A DNA stretch of 62,992 nt, counting the filler, from Octopus bimaculoides (Eukaryota), in NCBI RefSeq assembly GCF_001194135.2. It is 3 parts of 3 records of this genome, joined end to end, with 100 filler letters (N's around TTAATTAATTAA, not from the genome) between each part and the next. Parts side by side here need not be neighbours in the genome. Positions count along the whole stretch, not along the records: positions 1 to 27,860 come from NC_068981.1; positions 27,961 to 41,427 come from NC_068988.1; 1 more part is not named here. One strand, written 5' to 3'. Position numbers and translations under genes: made by a program. The notes below the pieces were generated by a model. That model saw only the letters and a list, made by a program, of their open reading frames with translations, made no database searches and was not told the origin of the DNA. This document shows, in pieces, positions 27,687 to 40,041 of this stretch. The number at the start of each line of letters is the position of its first letter. Within the stretch, counting starts at the first letter, position 1.

Positions 27687-27690
27687 TTAT
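26981..27690. repeat. Compound VNTR: 10 copies of TTTTCCATTTTTTCCTGTT separated by variable (ATT)n/(CTT)n tracts
   Basis: Copies counted at about 26981, 27057, 27128, 27170, 27240, 27300, 27357, 27498, 27543 and 27600, plus a degenerate one at about 27626. Confidence 0.9.
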
Positions 27691-27860
27691 GTTTGACTTT
27701 TGTTTTGCATTTGTACAAGTTGGATCCAAGTCTCACCCAGAGACCTCAAGAGACAACAAGTTAGAAGTTCATGTAGGTGTTATGCCTAGGGTACCATATA
27801 TTTGGATTTGTACAGTTTTGTTCAAGTGAATGTTTAAGAAACCATAAGAAAATTATGTTT
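27690..27860 (-). mobile_element. Probable 3' UTR of an R4/Dong-like element ending in (TAA)n
   Basis: Minus-strand ...tctcttgaggtctctgggtgagacttggatcc...aaacataaaa(taa)n resembles Dong-type 3' ends. Truncated by a gap, with no coding evidence. Confidence 0.45.
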
Positions 27861-28009
27861 NNNNNNNNNNNNNNNNNNNNNNNNNNNNNNNNNNNNNNNN
27901 NNNNTTAATTAATTAANNNNNNNNNNNNNNNNNNNNNNNNNNNNNNNNNNNNNNNNNNNNATACGCACATGCATATGCATATATATATATATGTATATGG
28001 GAGAATATA

Positions 28010-28190
28010 CAAATAATAACAACAGACGAGGACAGGTGGTGTAAATAACAAAAGGATATATTAGTATGACGCTCGGGAATACGGAAAGTCTTTGACGTTT
28101 TGAGCTACGCTCTTCAACAGATAGAATACGGAGACAAGGAGAAAAACACGGAGAAAAAAAATTGAATAGTGTTCAGTCAACGGTCAATCA
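28010..28190 (-). mobile_element. Dispersed ~170-bp repeat, putative Penelope-type terminal-repeat fragment
   Basis: Homologous to 35700-35860 and 34335-34435 (gacgctcgggaat..aaagtcttt.acgttttgagc.tacgc.cttc.acaga). Confidence 0.6.
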
Positions 28191-28214
28191 TAATATATAT
28201 ATATATATATATAT

Positions 28215-28725
28215 ACTGGGACATATATATATGTAGAATATAAAGCAAGACATGACAGAGTCGGCCATTATAAAATATGCCGGCATTATAAAATCAAAAC
28301 CGCTGACGAATGGTATAAACACCATCCTGAAGCTGTGATTGAGGGAGAAAATGTGTAGATTCTCTGGGACTTCTCCGTACATACCGACAAAACTATAAAA
28401 GCTAATAAACCGGATATTATTATAAAAGATCAGACAAAAATGATGTGTTTATTAATTGACATGAATATTACTTGCGATCACAATATAGCAGCAAAAGAAT
28501 TTGACAAGATCAGTAAATATAAAGACTTGCTAATAGAAATTGAAAAAAAATGTGGCACCTCAAGGCGACTACTGTACCAGTGATTGTAGGATCTCTAGGA
28601 ATGATAAACAAAATGGTACTGAACCCTATTTGAAAATGACATCAGGCTTACCATCCCTACAGGAAGTGCAAAAGTTCGTGTTAACTGGAATAACTCATGC
28701 ACTGAGAAGAGCATTATTGCTGTGA
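28215..28725 (+). mobile_element. R4/Dong-like RLE C-terminal fragment (family distinct from the 3.5-5.7 kb copies)
   Basis: Peptides EYKARHDRVG, WYKHHPEAV, ILWDFSVHTDKTIKANKPDIIIKD, IDMNI, KYKDLLIEI and VPVIVGSLG, across frameshifts. Confidence 0.9.
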
Positions 28726-28889
28726 AAACAACATCCATTCATGAAATTATTTATTTATTAATTAAAAAAAAAATATAATATTAACAACAATAATAATAAC
28801 AGCAGTAATAACTGTAATAATAATAATAACAACAACAACAAAAACAACAACAACAACAACAATGATAACAATAATAATAATATTAATAA

Positions 28890-29095
28890 TAATAGACTGA
28901 AGGAGATTGGAATAGATGCCCGGTAGAACTCCCACAGAAAGTTTTTCTTCTAGGACCACCAAGGATTATTAGGAGGGTTCCAACACTTGAAAATCAGCTG
29001 TAAACTTGCGGATACACAAGATCACAAGTACCCACATAAATCCCAAGAGGAATGAGACAAAAACTGAATGAAACCAAAATAATAATAATAATAAT
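28890..29095 (+). mobile_element. Extreme 3' end of a further R4/Dong-like element, embedded between (AAT)n tracts
   Basis: LKEIGID..VEL.QKVFLLG..RIIRRV-like C-terminus, then a UTR running into (AAT)n at about 29077-29095. Confidence 0.65.
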
Positions 29096-29920
29096 AAAAG
29101 AATATAAATAAATTGTCAAATGCCTTGGCGCGCGTGCTAATATATATGTGTGTGGTTTGTGTATGGTGTGCTTATACATACATACATACATAAATACATA
29201 CACACACATATATNNNNNNNNNNATATATTTATATATACATACATATATATACATACATACATACACCCACACACGTACGTGTGTGTTTACTTCATTATT
29301 ACAGAACCTCGTATATTACTTTAAATTGATGCAATTAATTTCTAATTAATCATGGGGTTCTTTGTGGATAAACAAATTAAAATTTTAGTTTGGACATATC
29401 CGGGATTTATTGCCTAAGTAAATGCGAGCCAGAATGTTAAATGTTTAACATGATAATGAGTTTGATTTATGTGAAACCCACTAATAATAGGAATTCATCT
29501 TATCCTACTTAAGTATTTAAATGAAACATTCATGTCCTGTTCATCATCAAATTTTAAATTGGGATTGTTTAATAATTCTTCGTACTTAAGCGAAAATCCA
29601 GCTTTCATTGCACGAGTTCGAAATATTATTCAGGATTCATTTACAGAAGCATTACATGGAACTTCTAGTCTTTGATTTCTCATCTCACAGATGTGAATTT
29701 GATCTCCGAGGTATTTGGTAAATAGTAATTTCACTGGAACATATTTGGTGTAAAAAAAGTTTCATTTGCTATTCATGCTTTCCTTCTGTTCTATAGCCTG
29801 TTTAATAGCCACTATTACTGAACTTATTAAACGAGAATTATATTAGAACCACTATATAACGTATTGTTTCCGATATTAGAAAATCACAACGTGAAATATT
29901 CAGCAACAGTATTTTGTAGT

Positions 29921-30217
29921 AAAGATTGTTTGCCAACATAACATGGCAGTCCTGGTTTAGGATGAATGTTTCTATAATTTAGCCACAGGAGACACCATCT
30001 CCAGCTGGCTATACGACACGATCTGTGTCCTTATATTTTCAAACAAAGGAATCTTGGACCCCCCACTCAGTTCAAGACAAAATCTATGTATCGCGAATTC
30101 TGGGTTATAACACAGATCGTGTCGTATAGCCAGCTGGAGACGATGTCTCCTGGGCCTAAATTACAACAACATTCGTCCTAAACCATGATTGCCATGTTAT
30201 GTTGGCAAACATTCTTT
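29921..30217. mobile_element. Foldback/MITE-like element with ~108-bp inverted arms and an ~81-bp spacer
   Basis: 29921-30028 is the reverse complement of 30110-30217 (e.g. ccagctggctatacgacacgatctgtgt / acacagatcgtgtcgtatagccagctgg). Confidence 0.8.
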
Positions 30218-30699
30218 GTTTCCGATATGTAGTAGTAGTAGTAGTAGTTTAGAACAAAACAATTTTCAAAACAAGCTTTACGTCAAAACAAAACCTCATA
30301 CAAATATGTAAAATTACAGAGGGAGTGTTTCCAGTTGCACAAATTGAAAACCAAAATAAAAAAAAAAAATTATGTTTACGAAACTGTAAGATAGGAAATG
30401 TGAACACCACTGTGTATTCTACTCACAAAATTCGAAATGTATGGATCGTGAAATGTAAATAACATTTTAAGAATAACAATTTCTTCTCTATAAACATTTT
30501 GATTGACAGATATATCCGAAAACATAGTTGAATAAATACAAAACATGCATTCGTAAACGGAAGCCGATCTTTATAGAGTTTTAAAATAACAGCATGCAGA
30601 ATCACGCAGTTTTCCTCAGTAAAACATGTACTATTCTATAGACCAAATTATATACAAAACATATATACATATATATATGTTACATACACAACATATATA

Positions 30700-31075
30700 T
30701 TAAGGGTAGACAAAACAGAAGTGGTGATAGAGAGTCACACTGGAAAATGCCACATGGAATTCTTACATCTCCAGCATTGAGAGATACATTGTCACTGTTC
30801 AAAGTCAGTGTGGTTCTCCATAATCCCATACTCATAAACAAAAAGTTTCGTAGAGTAGGTGCGAGTTAATACATTTCCAGACATTCCTTAATCCATCTAT
30901 GTGGTAGATTACCTAAAGCAATTTTATATTCTATCCAAGTTATCGACAAGTTCTTGTGTTGTTTTTTGACAATCTTTCACGGTCATCTTATTGATGAGTA
31001 GCTGATCTTAATAGCCATAGGACTTACATTTACATCTTTTTGCTCATTAGAGAAGATGCCACTTTGTATTAAAAA
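30700..31075 (-). mobile_element. R4/Dong-like RT core fragment (not in the ORF track)
   Basis: Minus-strand DQLLINKMTVKDC, WIEYK..LPHRWIKECLEMY and GIFQCDSLSPLLFCLPL. Confidence 0.8.
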
Positions 31076-31176
31076 AAAACAATAGGTGTATTCCAAGAAG
31101 ACAGAAATCAGATCATAAAGAGCGACGGTTGACACGAAATATCTTGACCAGCGCGCTAACGATTCTGCCAGCTTAC

Positions 31177-31183
<7 letters not shown>

Positions 31184-31272
<89 letters not shown>

Positions 31273-31335
31273 AAGAAGAAGAAGAAGAAGAAGAAGAAGA
31301 AGAAGAAAGAAGAAGAGGTAGAAGAAGAAGAAGGA
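31184..31335. repeat. (AAT)n followed by (AAG)n microsatellite
   Basis: Direct reading. Confidence 0.95.
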
Positions 31336-32675
31336 TAAGAAAAAATTCCTGATATGTTTTTCTTTCCAGTGTTTCTACGTTTTTCCTACTCTTTATCACC
31401 TCACTGAATTTTAATATCCACAGTTTCTTTTCCAAAACTTTTTTTATAGCATTAGTTTTTATTCGTATCGATTCGTATTATCGATAGCGCATTAGATCGC
31501 TATGATATTATATAGATTTGCATTTTGTATATTGGGAGCTACCATTAAAATATTCAGTTCAGGGATATAATAATAATATCAAAATATCCACTCAGTAGCA
31601 CATGAAAATGGTAGAACATATACATTCAAACAGAGGCACAGACATACATACACGCATGTCTTTATTTATATATATATATGTATGTATCCATGAGTAGAGT
31701 TTCTAATAAGAGTAAAAACATATTCGCTGGGTATGTATGCGAAACTTTATTAGGACAAACATGAATGCATTGTTTGAATTGTATTAACGTACATAAACGC
31801 AGATGTGTGCATATCAAAGTAGAAGTATATACGTATGTTTGTGCGTGTGTATGTATTTTATCTGGAGTGTATATATATATATATATATATATATATNNNN
31901 NNNNNNNNNNNNNNNNNNNNNNNNNNNNNNNNNNNNNNNNNNNNNNNNNNNNNNNNNNNNNNNNNNNNNNNNNNNNNNNNNNNNNNNNNNNNNNNNNNNN
32001 NNNNNNNNNNNNNNNNNNNNNNNNNNNNNNNNNNNNNNNNNNNNNNNNNNNNNNNNNNNNNNNNNNNNNNNNNNNNNNNNNNNNNNNNNNNNNNNNNNNN
32101 NNNNNNNNNNNNNNNNNNNNNNNNNNNNNNNNNNNNNNNNNNNNNNNNNNNNNNNNNNNNNNNNNNNNNNNNNNNNNNNNNNNNNNNNNNNNNNNNNNNN
32201 NNNNNNNNNNNNNNNNNNNNNNNNNNNNNNNNNNNNNNNNNNNNNNNNNNNNNNNNNNNNNNNNNNNNNNNNNNNNNNNNNNNNNNNNNNNNNNNNNNNN
32301 NNNNNNNNNNNNNNNNNNNNNNNNNNNNNNNNNNNNNNNNNNNNNNNNNNNNNNNNNNNNNNNNNNNNNNNNNNNNNNNNNNNNNNNNNNNNNNNNNNNN
32401 NNNNNNNNNNNNNNNNNNNNNNNNNNNNNNNNNNNNNNNNNNNNNNNNNNNNNNNNNNNNNNNNNNNNNNNNNNNNNNNNNNNNNNNNNNNNNNNNNNNN
32501 NNNNNNNNNNNNNNNNNNNNNNNNNNNNNNNNNNNNNNNNNNNNNNNNNNNNNNNNNNNNNNNNNNNNNNNNNNNNNNNNNNNNNNNNNNNNNNNNNNNN
32601 NNNNNNNNNNNNNNNNNNNNNNNNNNNNNNNNNNNNNNNNNNNNNNNNNNNNNNNNNNNNNNNNNNNNNNNNNNN

Positions 32676-32716
<41 letters not shown>

Positions 32717-32790
32717 CATATGTATATAGATATATACATATATATACATACACATATATACATGTATGTGTATATGCATATATATATACA

Positions 32791-32832
<42 letters not shown>

Positions 32833-35699
32833 CTTGGGCGTGCATGTCTCTATAATATAAAACTATAAATCAATATTTATATATGTGTTTATATGTATAC
32901 ATGTATGCGAGAAACATATCATATGTATACGTGCGTGGGTGTACATACATGTATGCGCTTGCCAATTCATCCATATCTGAGTATATGTAACTCTTTCAGT
33001 TCTTACAGTGAATAAAGAGACTCTGTGATGCGACACAGCTTTGAATTGGTTTGTCCGACCAAGTTAACACATGCACTTATTTCAAAATATATAATTTTTC
33101 TCAGGTATTTTCAAATCTCGAAGCACTAAGCTAAGTTGATAAACTCACTCACATTTTTTAGGGGCATCCCTATAAATATAGATCTTAAGCCATGTGATAC
33201 ACATACATACACACATGCTCTCAAAAACACATATAGACAAAATCACAAAAATGTTTACCTGCATACACATACACATATGTATGCATATATGTGCGGGTGA
33301 AGACGTCAGGTTGCTACTCATTGTAGTTTTACGTAATTCGTACACAAATGCATTGTTTACTCCGTTGATATTATTTGCAATGTTTGCCCTAAACTTGAAC
33401 ATTATGATACCTTTGGCTACGGCATTCAGTTCTAGGATATGGTAGTGAATGGAACAGAGTAATCATTCTAGCATTCAGTGTGTTTATATGTGTTTATGTG
33501 TGCTACGAGTGTCTGTGTATCTGTGTGTTTATGTTGTGTGTGTATGCATCTTAGTGTGAAAACCCTTTGCTTTCATCTGCCTAGAACTGTAATACTTGCA
33601 GCAGGCAAAGCCCTGCTCACAGAGAAATGTCCTGTCACGAATATTAGAATGTTTATTCTAATTTTACATAGATACAAATCAAATGATATTTAATACGAAA
33701 AATCAATAGCAAGTCTTGTGATTTGTTCCTCTATGATTTCTATAACCAGGTTAACAGCTTTCCCAATGCAAAGTGGAACCCTGCGCCATTAGAATCCATA
33801 TATGGGGGCCCATGATAGTATTTAAGGGACCCATCACCTGCAGTTTGAGAATCTCTTGTTCAGCTCTGGACGAATACATTAATTATTTCAGCCTAGCCGT
33901 GTTTGTAGACAGTTGAAAAGAATACCTTTAACAAAAATTAAATTAGGTGATAGTATTGTAGTTGCGGCTGAGCTCCCTTGTAGTGCGAGTGGGTCCCCTT
34001 AGTCTCCAGGCAGCCAATATTTTTAGACCGAGTCCGTCAGTCACCTCACGTTTGTCGCTCTGTGAGGCTTAACGTCATACACATCCGATATTTTGTATTA
34101 ACAGAATAACTCGGAAGTGTTACTCTTTCGATTGAAAAATGTGCAGCATTTTCGGATAGCACTAAAAACACCGAATAGTCTAGCCGTGATTTCGAGGCTT
34201 GGATGTGCTCAACTTCAATTTGGCGAATGCGAAAATTTCAGAAATTCGAAGGCATTGTCAACATTTTCATTATTAGTGTAGGTTCACGATATGCTAAGCG
34301 AAAACAGCTTGCAGGAGACTGCGACTTTTACACAGCTCTTCTACAGAAAGGAACACGGAAAGAAACAAGGAGAGAAACAAGGAGAGAAAAAAAATGTGTG
34401 TAGTGGTCAGCGATCTATGATGGCGAATGATATATATGTTTGTATGTATATAAATATATATACACCTTACGAAACATAGACACACACATATACATAAATA
34501 AATGTAGAGAGAGGCAAATGTATAAGGAAGAAAGATATCCGAAAGGCAGATAATGGGATGAAATTTGAATTTTGGTTTCAGTCCTATACTCTATATCAAG
34601 GGTTTACTTTTTATATATCGTTAAATTAGTTTAATACTTTGATTCAGCTCCTATATTCACGGTGTTGTTGCTATAATTCTCACCAGTTGTATTCTAATAT
34701 CAGTTTGCATTAGATAACAATTATTAAAAGTATACTTTATCTTATAGATTCTATCCTACAAACAAAAAACAACAGCCAAATGTATTAATTATGCAAAACA
34801 ATTGAGTTTTCAACAAGAGATATGTAATTTAATCGAGGAAAAGTGAAAATATTAAAACAAGAAGATAGCTCATATATACTAGTTTAAGTAAATGGGTAAA
34901 ACTATTTGGATAGAAAAGCTTGATGACATCAGAAAAAACTCATCAATTTGAACAAATTCGCTGCAAAGTATCAGACATTTCTACATAAACTCTATTAAAA
35001 TGTAGTCAATGTAAAACATCTCCTCATAAACGGCAAACTACAAGATTGCAGCCACCAAATATACATCCTGTGAACAACTATGTTAAAGTAATTAATATGC
35101 AAACATTAAAACTGAATTTCATGATTCTTAGAGATACTGTGTAATAAAAGTATGTAATTATGTCTGCCAACGAGGCCTTCTTCGACTTCATGGAGCCACT
35201 AAATGAAATTAGATTATACAGTCTAACAAATATGAATTTATTGAAATATGAACTAGATAGTTAATATTTTTCTTCTATTTATTCATTGGACTGCCTCCAA
35301 GAATATTGTAGATACTTGTTTCTTTTTAACGTTTGTTGCTCAATGTATTAGAGACTTTTAGATATAATGGTAGGTTACTGACAGGTAAATGAACAAACAA
35401 CAGCTGTCGAGGACAAAGGGAAAGTAACACAGTTATATCTATATGTATTTTGTTTTCTAATTGTTTTATTCAAGCGCACATAAAGCTGTAAATAATAGTA
35501 TGTTGATTTCGGCAGAAAACAGTTTGGACAGAAAAAAATGAAGGCTTTACATACTAAATGTTTAATGGTTTGTGTTTTTTTTTGTTTTTTTTTTTATTCC
35601 GCTAGTTCGAAAGAGAATTAATCCATGAAGTGGCAGAACTTACAAAATAATATATATATCATTTCACAAAATAATATATATATTATTTCACAAAAGTAC

Positions 35700-35860
35700 A
35701 AGAGACAAATAAATGTATTTGTATAACGCTCGGGAATTGAAAAAGTCTTTAACGTTTTGAGCCTACGCACTTCGACAGAAAGGAACACAGAAAGAAAGAA
35801 GGAGAGAAATAAGGAGAGAAAAAAATGTGTATAGTGGTCAGCGATCTATCATGGCGAAAT
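35700..35860 (-). mobile_element. Second copy of the putative Penelope-type terminal-repeat fragment
   Basis: Homologous to 28010-28190. Confidence 0.6.
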
Positions 35861-36355
35861 ATATATGCATATAAATCCTTTAATTCTACATTGCTCTTCC
35901 TTCCCCCACGCCAACCAGCCTCCTACACTGCCCCTTAAAATATCAAACATTCCCTAGCTACACACAAGAGAGAAAACATGTTAAAAAGACAGGTCAGTTC
36001 CTCTCCAATTTTTTTGTAAATTCTTAAATATATCTCATTCTGTGTGTATATATATATACTACAAACAAACATGATTTTTATTGAACTCCTAAAACCTTTT
36101 GTTGAATACTCATTTGTAAACTGTTTTAAACATTTTCCTATTATTATCAAAGGATGTATATATGTATTTTAATAATATTGTGACAACCAGTACTTAACAC
36201 AACAAAGCTTATACAAAGCTTTACATTTTACAATTGACAATCTTTCTCTAAATAAGTGAAACCGGTCATGTGAATAAACATCTTTAAAATTGCATTTTCA
36301 AACTTTCTTTCACACACACACGCACACACACACACACACACACATACACCCACAC

Positions 36356-36387
<32 letters not shown>

Positions 36388-36403
36388 TTATATATATATA
36401 TAT

Positions 36404-36705
36404 TATTTTGTTTAAAAGAGTTCCAACACTGTCTGTTTTAGTCTGTCATACCGGCCATGACGAAGGGAAATAGCCCTGAAAATCAAGTCGCCTTTATATA
36501 TTTATATTTATATATTTATATATTTGATCCTTTATATTGAACACTCAATATTTCATCTACATTCAATACTTTCTTTCATGGTGCCATCCATTTTTATTTT
36601 ATTTTATTTTATATTGTATATTGTATATTATATTATATATTGTATATTCCATATTCTATACCCCACATTAGTTCTGCAGGAATATAAATAAAACATAAAA
36701 AACAN
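36404..36705 (+). mobile_element. Solo Penelope-like terminal repeat fragment with hammerhead-like motif and inverted 3'-tail copy at its 5' end
   Basis: 36440-36705 matches the reverse complement of about 61340-61566. 36404-36439 matches 61307-61342 in the same orientation. Confidence 0.8.
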
Positions 36706-36938
36706 NNNNNNNNNNNNNNNNNNNNNNNNNNNNNNNNNNNNNNNNNNNNNNNNNNNNNNNNNNNNNNNNNNNNNNNNNNNNNNNNNNNNNNNNNNNNNNN
36801 NNNNNNNNNNNNNNNNNNNNNNNNNNNNNNNNNNNNNNNNNNNNNNNNNNNNNNNNNNNNNNNNNNNNNNNNNNNNNNNNNNNNNNNNNNNNNNNNNNNN
36901 NNNNNNNNNNNNNNNNNNNNNNNNNNNNNNNNNNNNNN

Positions 36939-36977
<39 letters not shown>

Positions 36978-38619
36978 TTTCAACGATTGAATAAAAGGAG
37001 CGCAATGGGGAAATTCAACAAAAAACCCTTATGTATTGTTATTAATCCAAACAAGTGGAAGAACAGAAGAAATGTATTTGAAAATGCACACAGAATTTAT
37101 TAGAATTAGAATTTAATTAAATTCTAAAGTATAAGATTGCAGTATAACAGTATAACTTCTAGTTATATTATCGTATTCATTCGTTAAGATAGGACTTTCA
37201 GAATTGGATAATTTTCGTCTGTGTAAAATATAGGTCTGTTTAAATTATCATTAAATCTATCGTGGAAATATGTTGGCTACTTGGGAGATAATTATAGCAT
37301 ATATTATAATAATATCTCTAAGCATATTGATATCTTTTTAGACCTACAAAAGGAAATTTCTAATTGCAGCACAAATATATTTGTAATTAATTATTAATAT
37401 AATACTGTAGCAATAGTTACCAGGCTATGCATTTCTGATGCCCCCCATTACACAAATATTTGAACACTAAAGCACTTAACGACGATGCGATTTTCCATGT
37501 TGTACATACTAATTATAGTATACAGCTTATGATATTTCCGTTGTTTATATAACATAATTTTCATAATTGCCCATCGTTGTCGAAGTATTTTTGCGTTGAA
37601 TATGTTTCTTATATCTTATGCATTTGAAGACATATGCAGATGTTTTTTTTATTTGTTAATTTTCTAGTGAATGAGATGAGTTTTAAAAGATTAAAGTTTT
37701 ATTTTATATTAGATTATTTCTAGACGTGTATCTTTGCAAAATAAAATTACTTATAAATCAAAGCGGATTTCTACTTATATTAAATGAACGAAATAAAGTG
37801 CACTGTATTCTTGGTACATTGATCAAGCTGTTTTTCTTGTTACTGCTAGTATTTTCGTTGTTATTTAAACCAATTACATCAACCTGCCTTTTCATCAGAG
37901 ATATCCCGATTGTTCTGTTTTTATTCCGATATTGTAATCTGCGAATACATTCACCAATACAATGTACATTTTTTCTAAAGGATAGTGTGCTATTTGATGG
38001 ACAGTCTCCTCATATTTTTAGCAGGCCATTCGGCCGCATAGAAGCATGCCCATTGGCTCCTTGGAGTGTGCACATCTAATTGACAGGTGTAAGTATATAT
38101 TATCGTTACATCTTATAAAAGAAACTTATTTTACCGAACCCATTATGTCAGTTACACTCCACCAACTCGACTGACTTCACTTCTATGTTTCAACGGCGAA
38201 AGATATATTGAATGAGTAACGTTGTATTCATTAATGACTTCTCAAGTGTGAACATGTTAGATCAATATTCTGGTTTACTACTGGAAAGTAGTGATTGGTT
38301 TACTGCTAGAATGTAAGTGATTTTTCTATTTTGAAGTTTTATCGAGATGTTTTTTAGCATTTGTGATAGTGTAAGGTATAAATAATTTTATTTCTTTTTC
38401 AGAGTATTCTGATTCGAAAGTATAGTGACGTTGTGTTTTTTTTTTATTCGAACCGTTATACAATTGTTCGTTGAACTCTCTCAGTGCAGTGTATGAAATA
38501 ATGGTAGAACAATTTATTTGTCGTCAACTTGCAGACTAACATAGAAGCACATGCAGAGCCACGCATAAACGCGCACGCGTATATTTATATATTAAAATGT
38601 ATATCAATCTATTTCTCTA

Positions 38620-38724
38620 TCTTTCTCTCTCTGTCTCTGTCTCTATCTCTGTCTGTCTGTCTCTCTCTCTCTCTCTCCACACACACATATATACATATGC
38701 ATCTATGCATACGTACATACATAC

Positions 38725-38800
<76 letters not shown>

Positions 38801-38825
38801 CCATATACATACATACATACATACA
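38620..38825. repeat. Compound (TC)n/(CA)n/(TACA)n microsatellite
   Basis: Direct reading. Confidence 0.9.
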
Positions 38826-39774
38826 TATGGCTGATACTAACATGTCAAGAAGAAAGATCAAAAAAAGTTAGCAAGGTGATAAATTTCCAATGAATCTTAT
38901 TAGTGGGACGCACGTGGCTAGAGAAAGCGTCAATGGTTGCGCTGTATAGTCATAATCCATCTGCAGATGCTGGTAAAACAGAAAAAAAAAACTCGAAAGG
39001 AGAAAGCGACAACTAAAGGAATACAAAAAGCGGAAAAGAAATCTAAGCTCGAAAAGTCATGTTGTTTTAGAATGATGTTTAACCGCTGCTTGAACGGAAA
39101 TAATGGGTAGACCAAAATGGGTGTTGCTTAGAAAGAGATTGATTAGGGGAAGCATTTTTGAGGTTGCTTTGTGTATGTGTGTGTGAGTCCGTGTGAGCAT
39201 GTATGCATGTGTCTGTGTGTGCTATGTTTGGGAACTATAGAAAACCATTTTTTGTATACGTGCTGTTTTTGTATCTTGTCCTATGAGTTTAGAAGTCTGT
39301 ATCTCAGTTTATTTGCGTGGATCTGTTAACTGTTCAATTACAGTTGCATTTCGACGCACTTGTGGTTGTGATATTAAAGGAATATTTCTGGTTGCTATAT
39401 TGGACTGTGCATGTCCCTCTATGATCGTGTGCTACTAACTAAAAAATGAAATGATTATAGCTTAAAATATTCTGATTATGTGCACCAGTAATCCGCACAG
39501 GTCTGTGTCCGTGTGAATATTAGCTACAGGAATGTATGTCTCTTTCTGTAAAGTCAGCGTATGCATTCTTGTATTTGATACATAGTCTGATGTGATGTGG
39601 ACAGCTAAGCTTTTGAGATTGGTTCTTGGATGTTGAATGTCTCCCATGATAATTAATAGCCAAGTATAAAAGTTGATAATGGGCAGAAAGGGACCCCATG
39701 AGACCACGAAATCTACCAGAACAACCAAAACTGAATGGTTTGAGAAATAAACCAAAAAAATTATAATAAAGTTA

Positions 39775-39950
39775 ATTTAAAATTTTAGCCACAAAGGAAT
39801 CTTGGTGGGGGATGAAGTCTATTAAATCGACCCCAGTGCGTATCGGACACCTATTTAATCGACACCGAAAAGATAAAAGGCAAGGTCGACCTCGCCGGAA
39901 TTTGATCTGAGAAAGTAGCGACCAGCAAAACACCGCTAAGCATTTGTTGT
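39775..39950 (-). mobile_element. SINE family 2, degenerate
   Basis: aatcgaccccagtg...aaggcaaggtcgacctcgccggaatttga...ccgctaagcattt. Confidence 0.75.
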
Positions 39951-39998
39951 GCACTTTTAATTAAGTGCAACACAGTTATAATCTTCACTATTAAGGTG

Positions 39999-40041
<43 letters not shown>

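Noticed and set aside
26981-27690. CRISPR array (constant repeat plus variable spacers)
   Set aside because: The spacers are simple triplet runs, the repeat is non-palindromic, there are no cas genes, and the context is eukaryotic.
27905-27916. TTAATTAATTAA islands inside N gaps (also 41472-41483)
   Set aside because: An identical all-frame-stop spacer centred in equal N runs is a scaffolding artefact.
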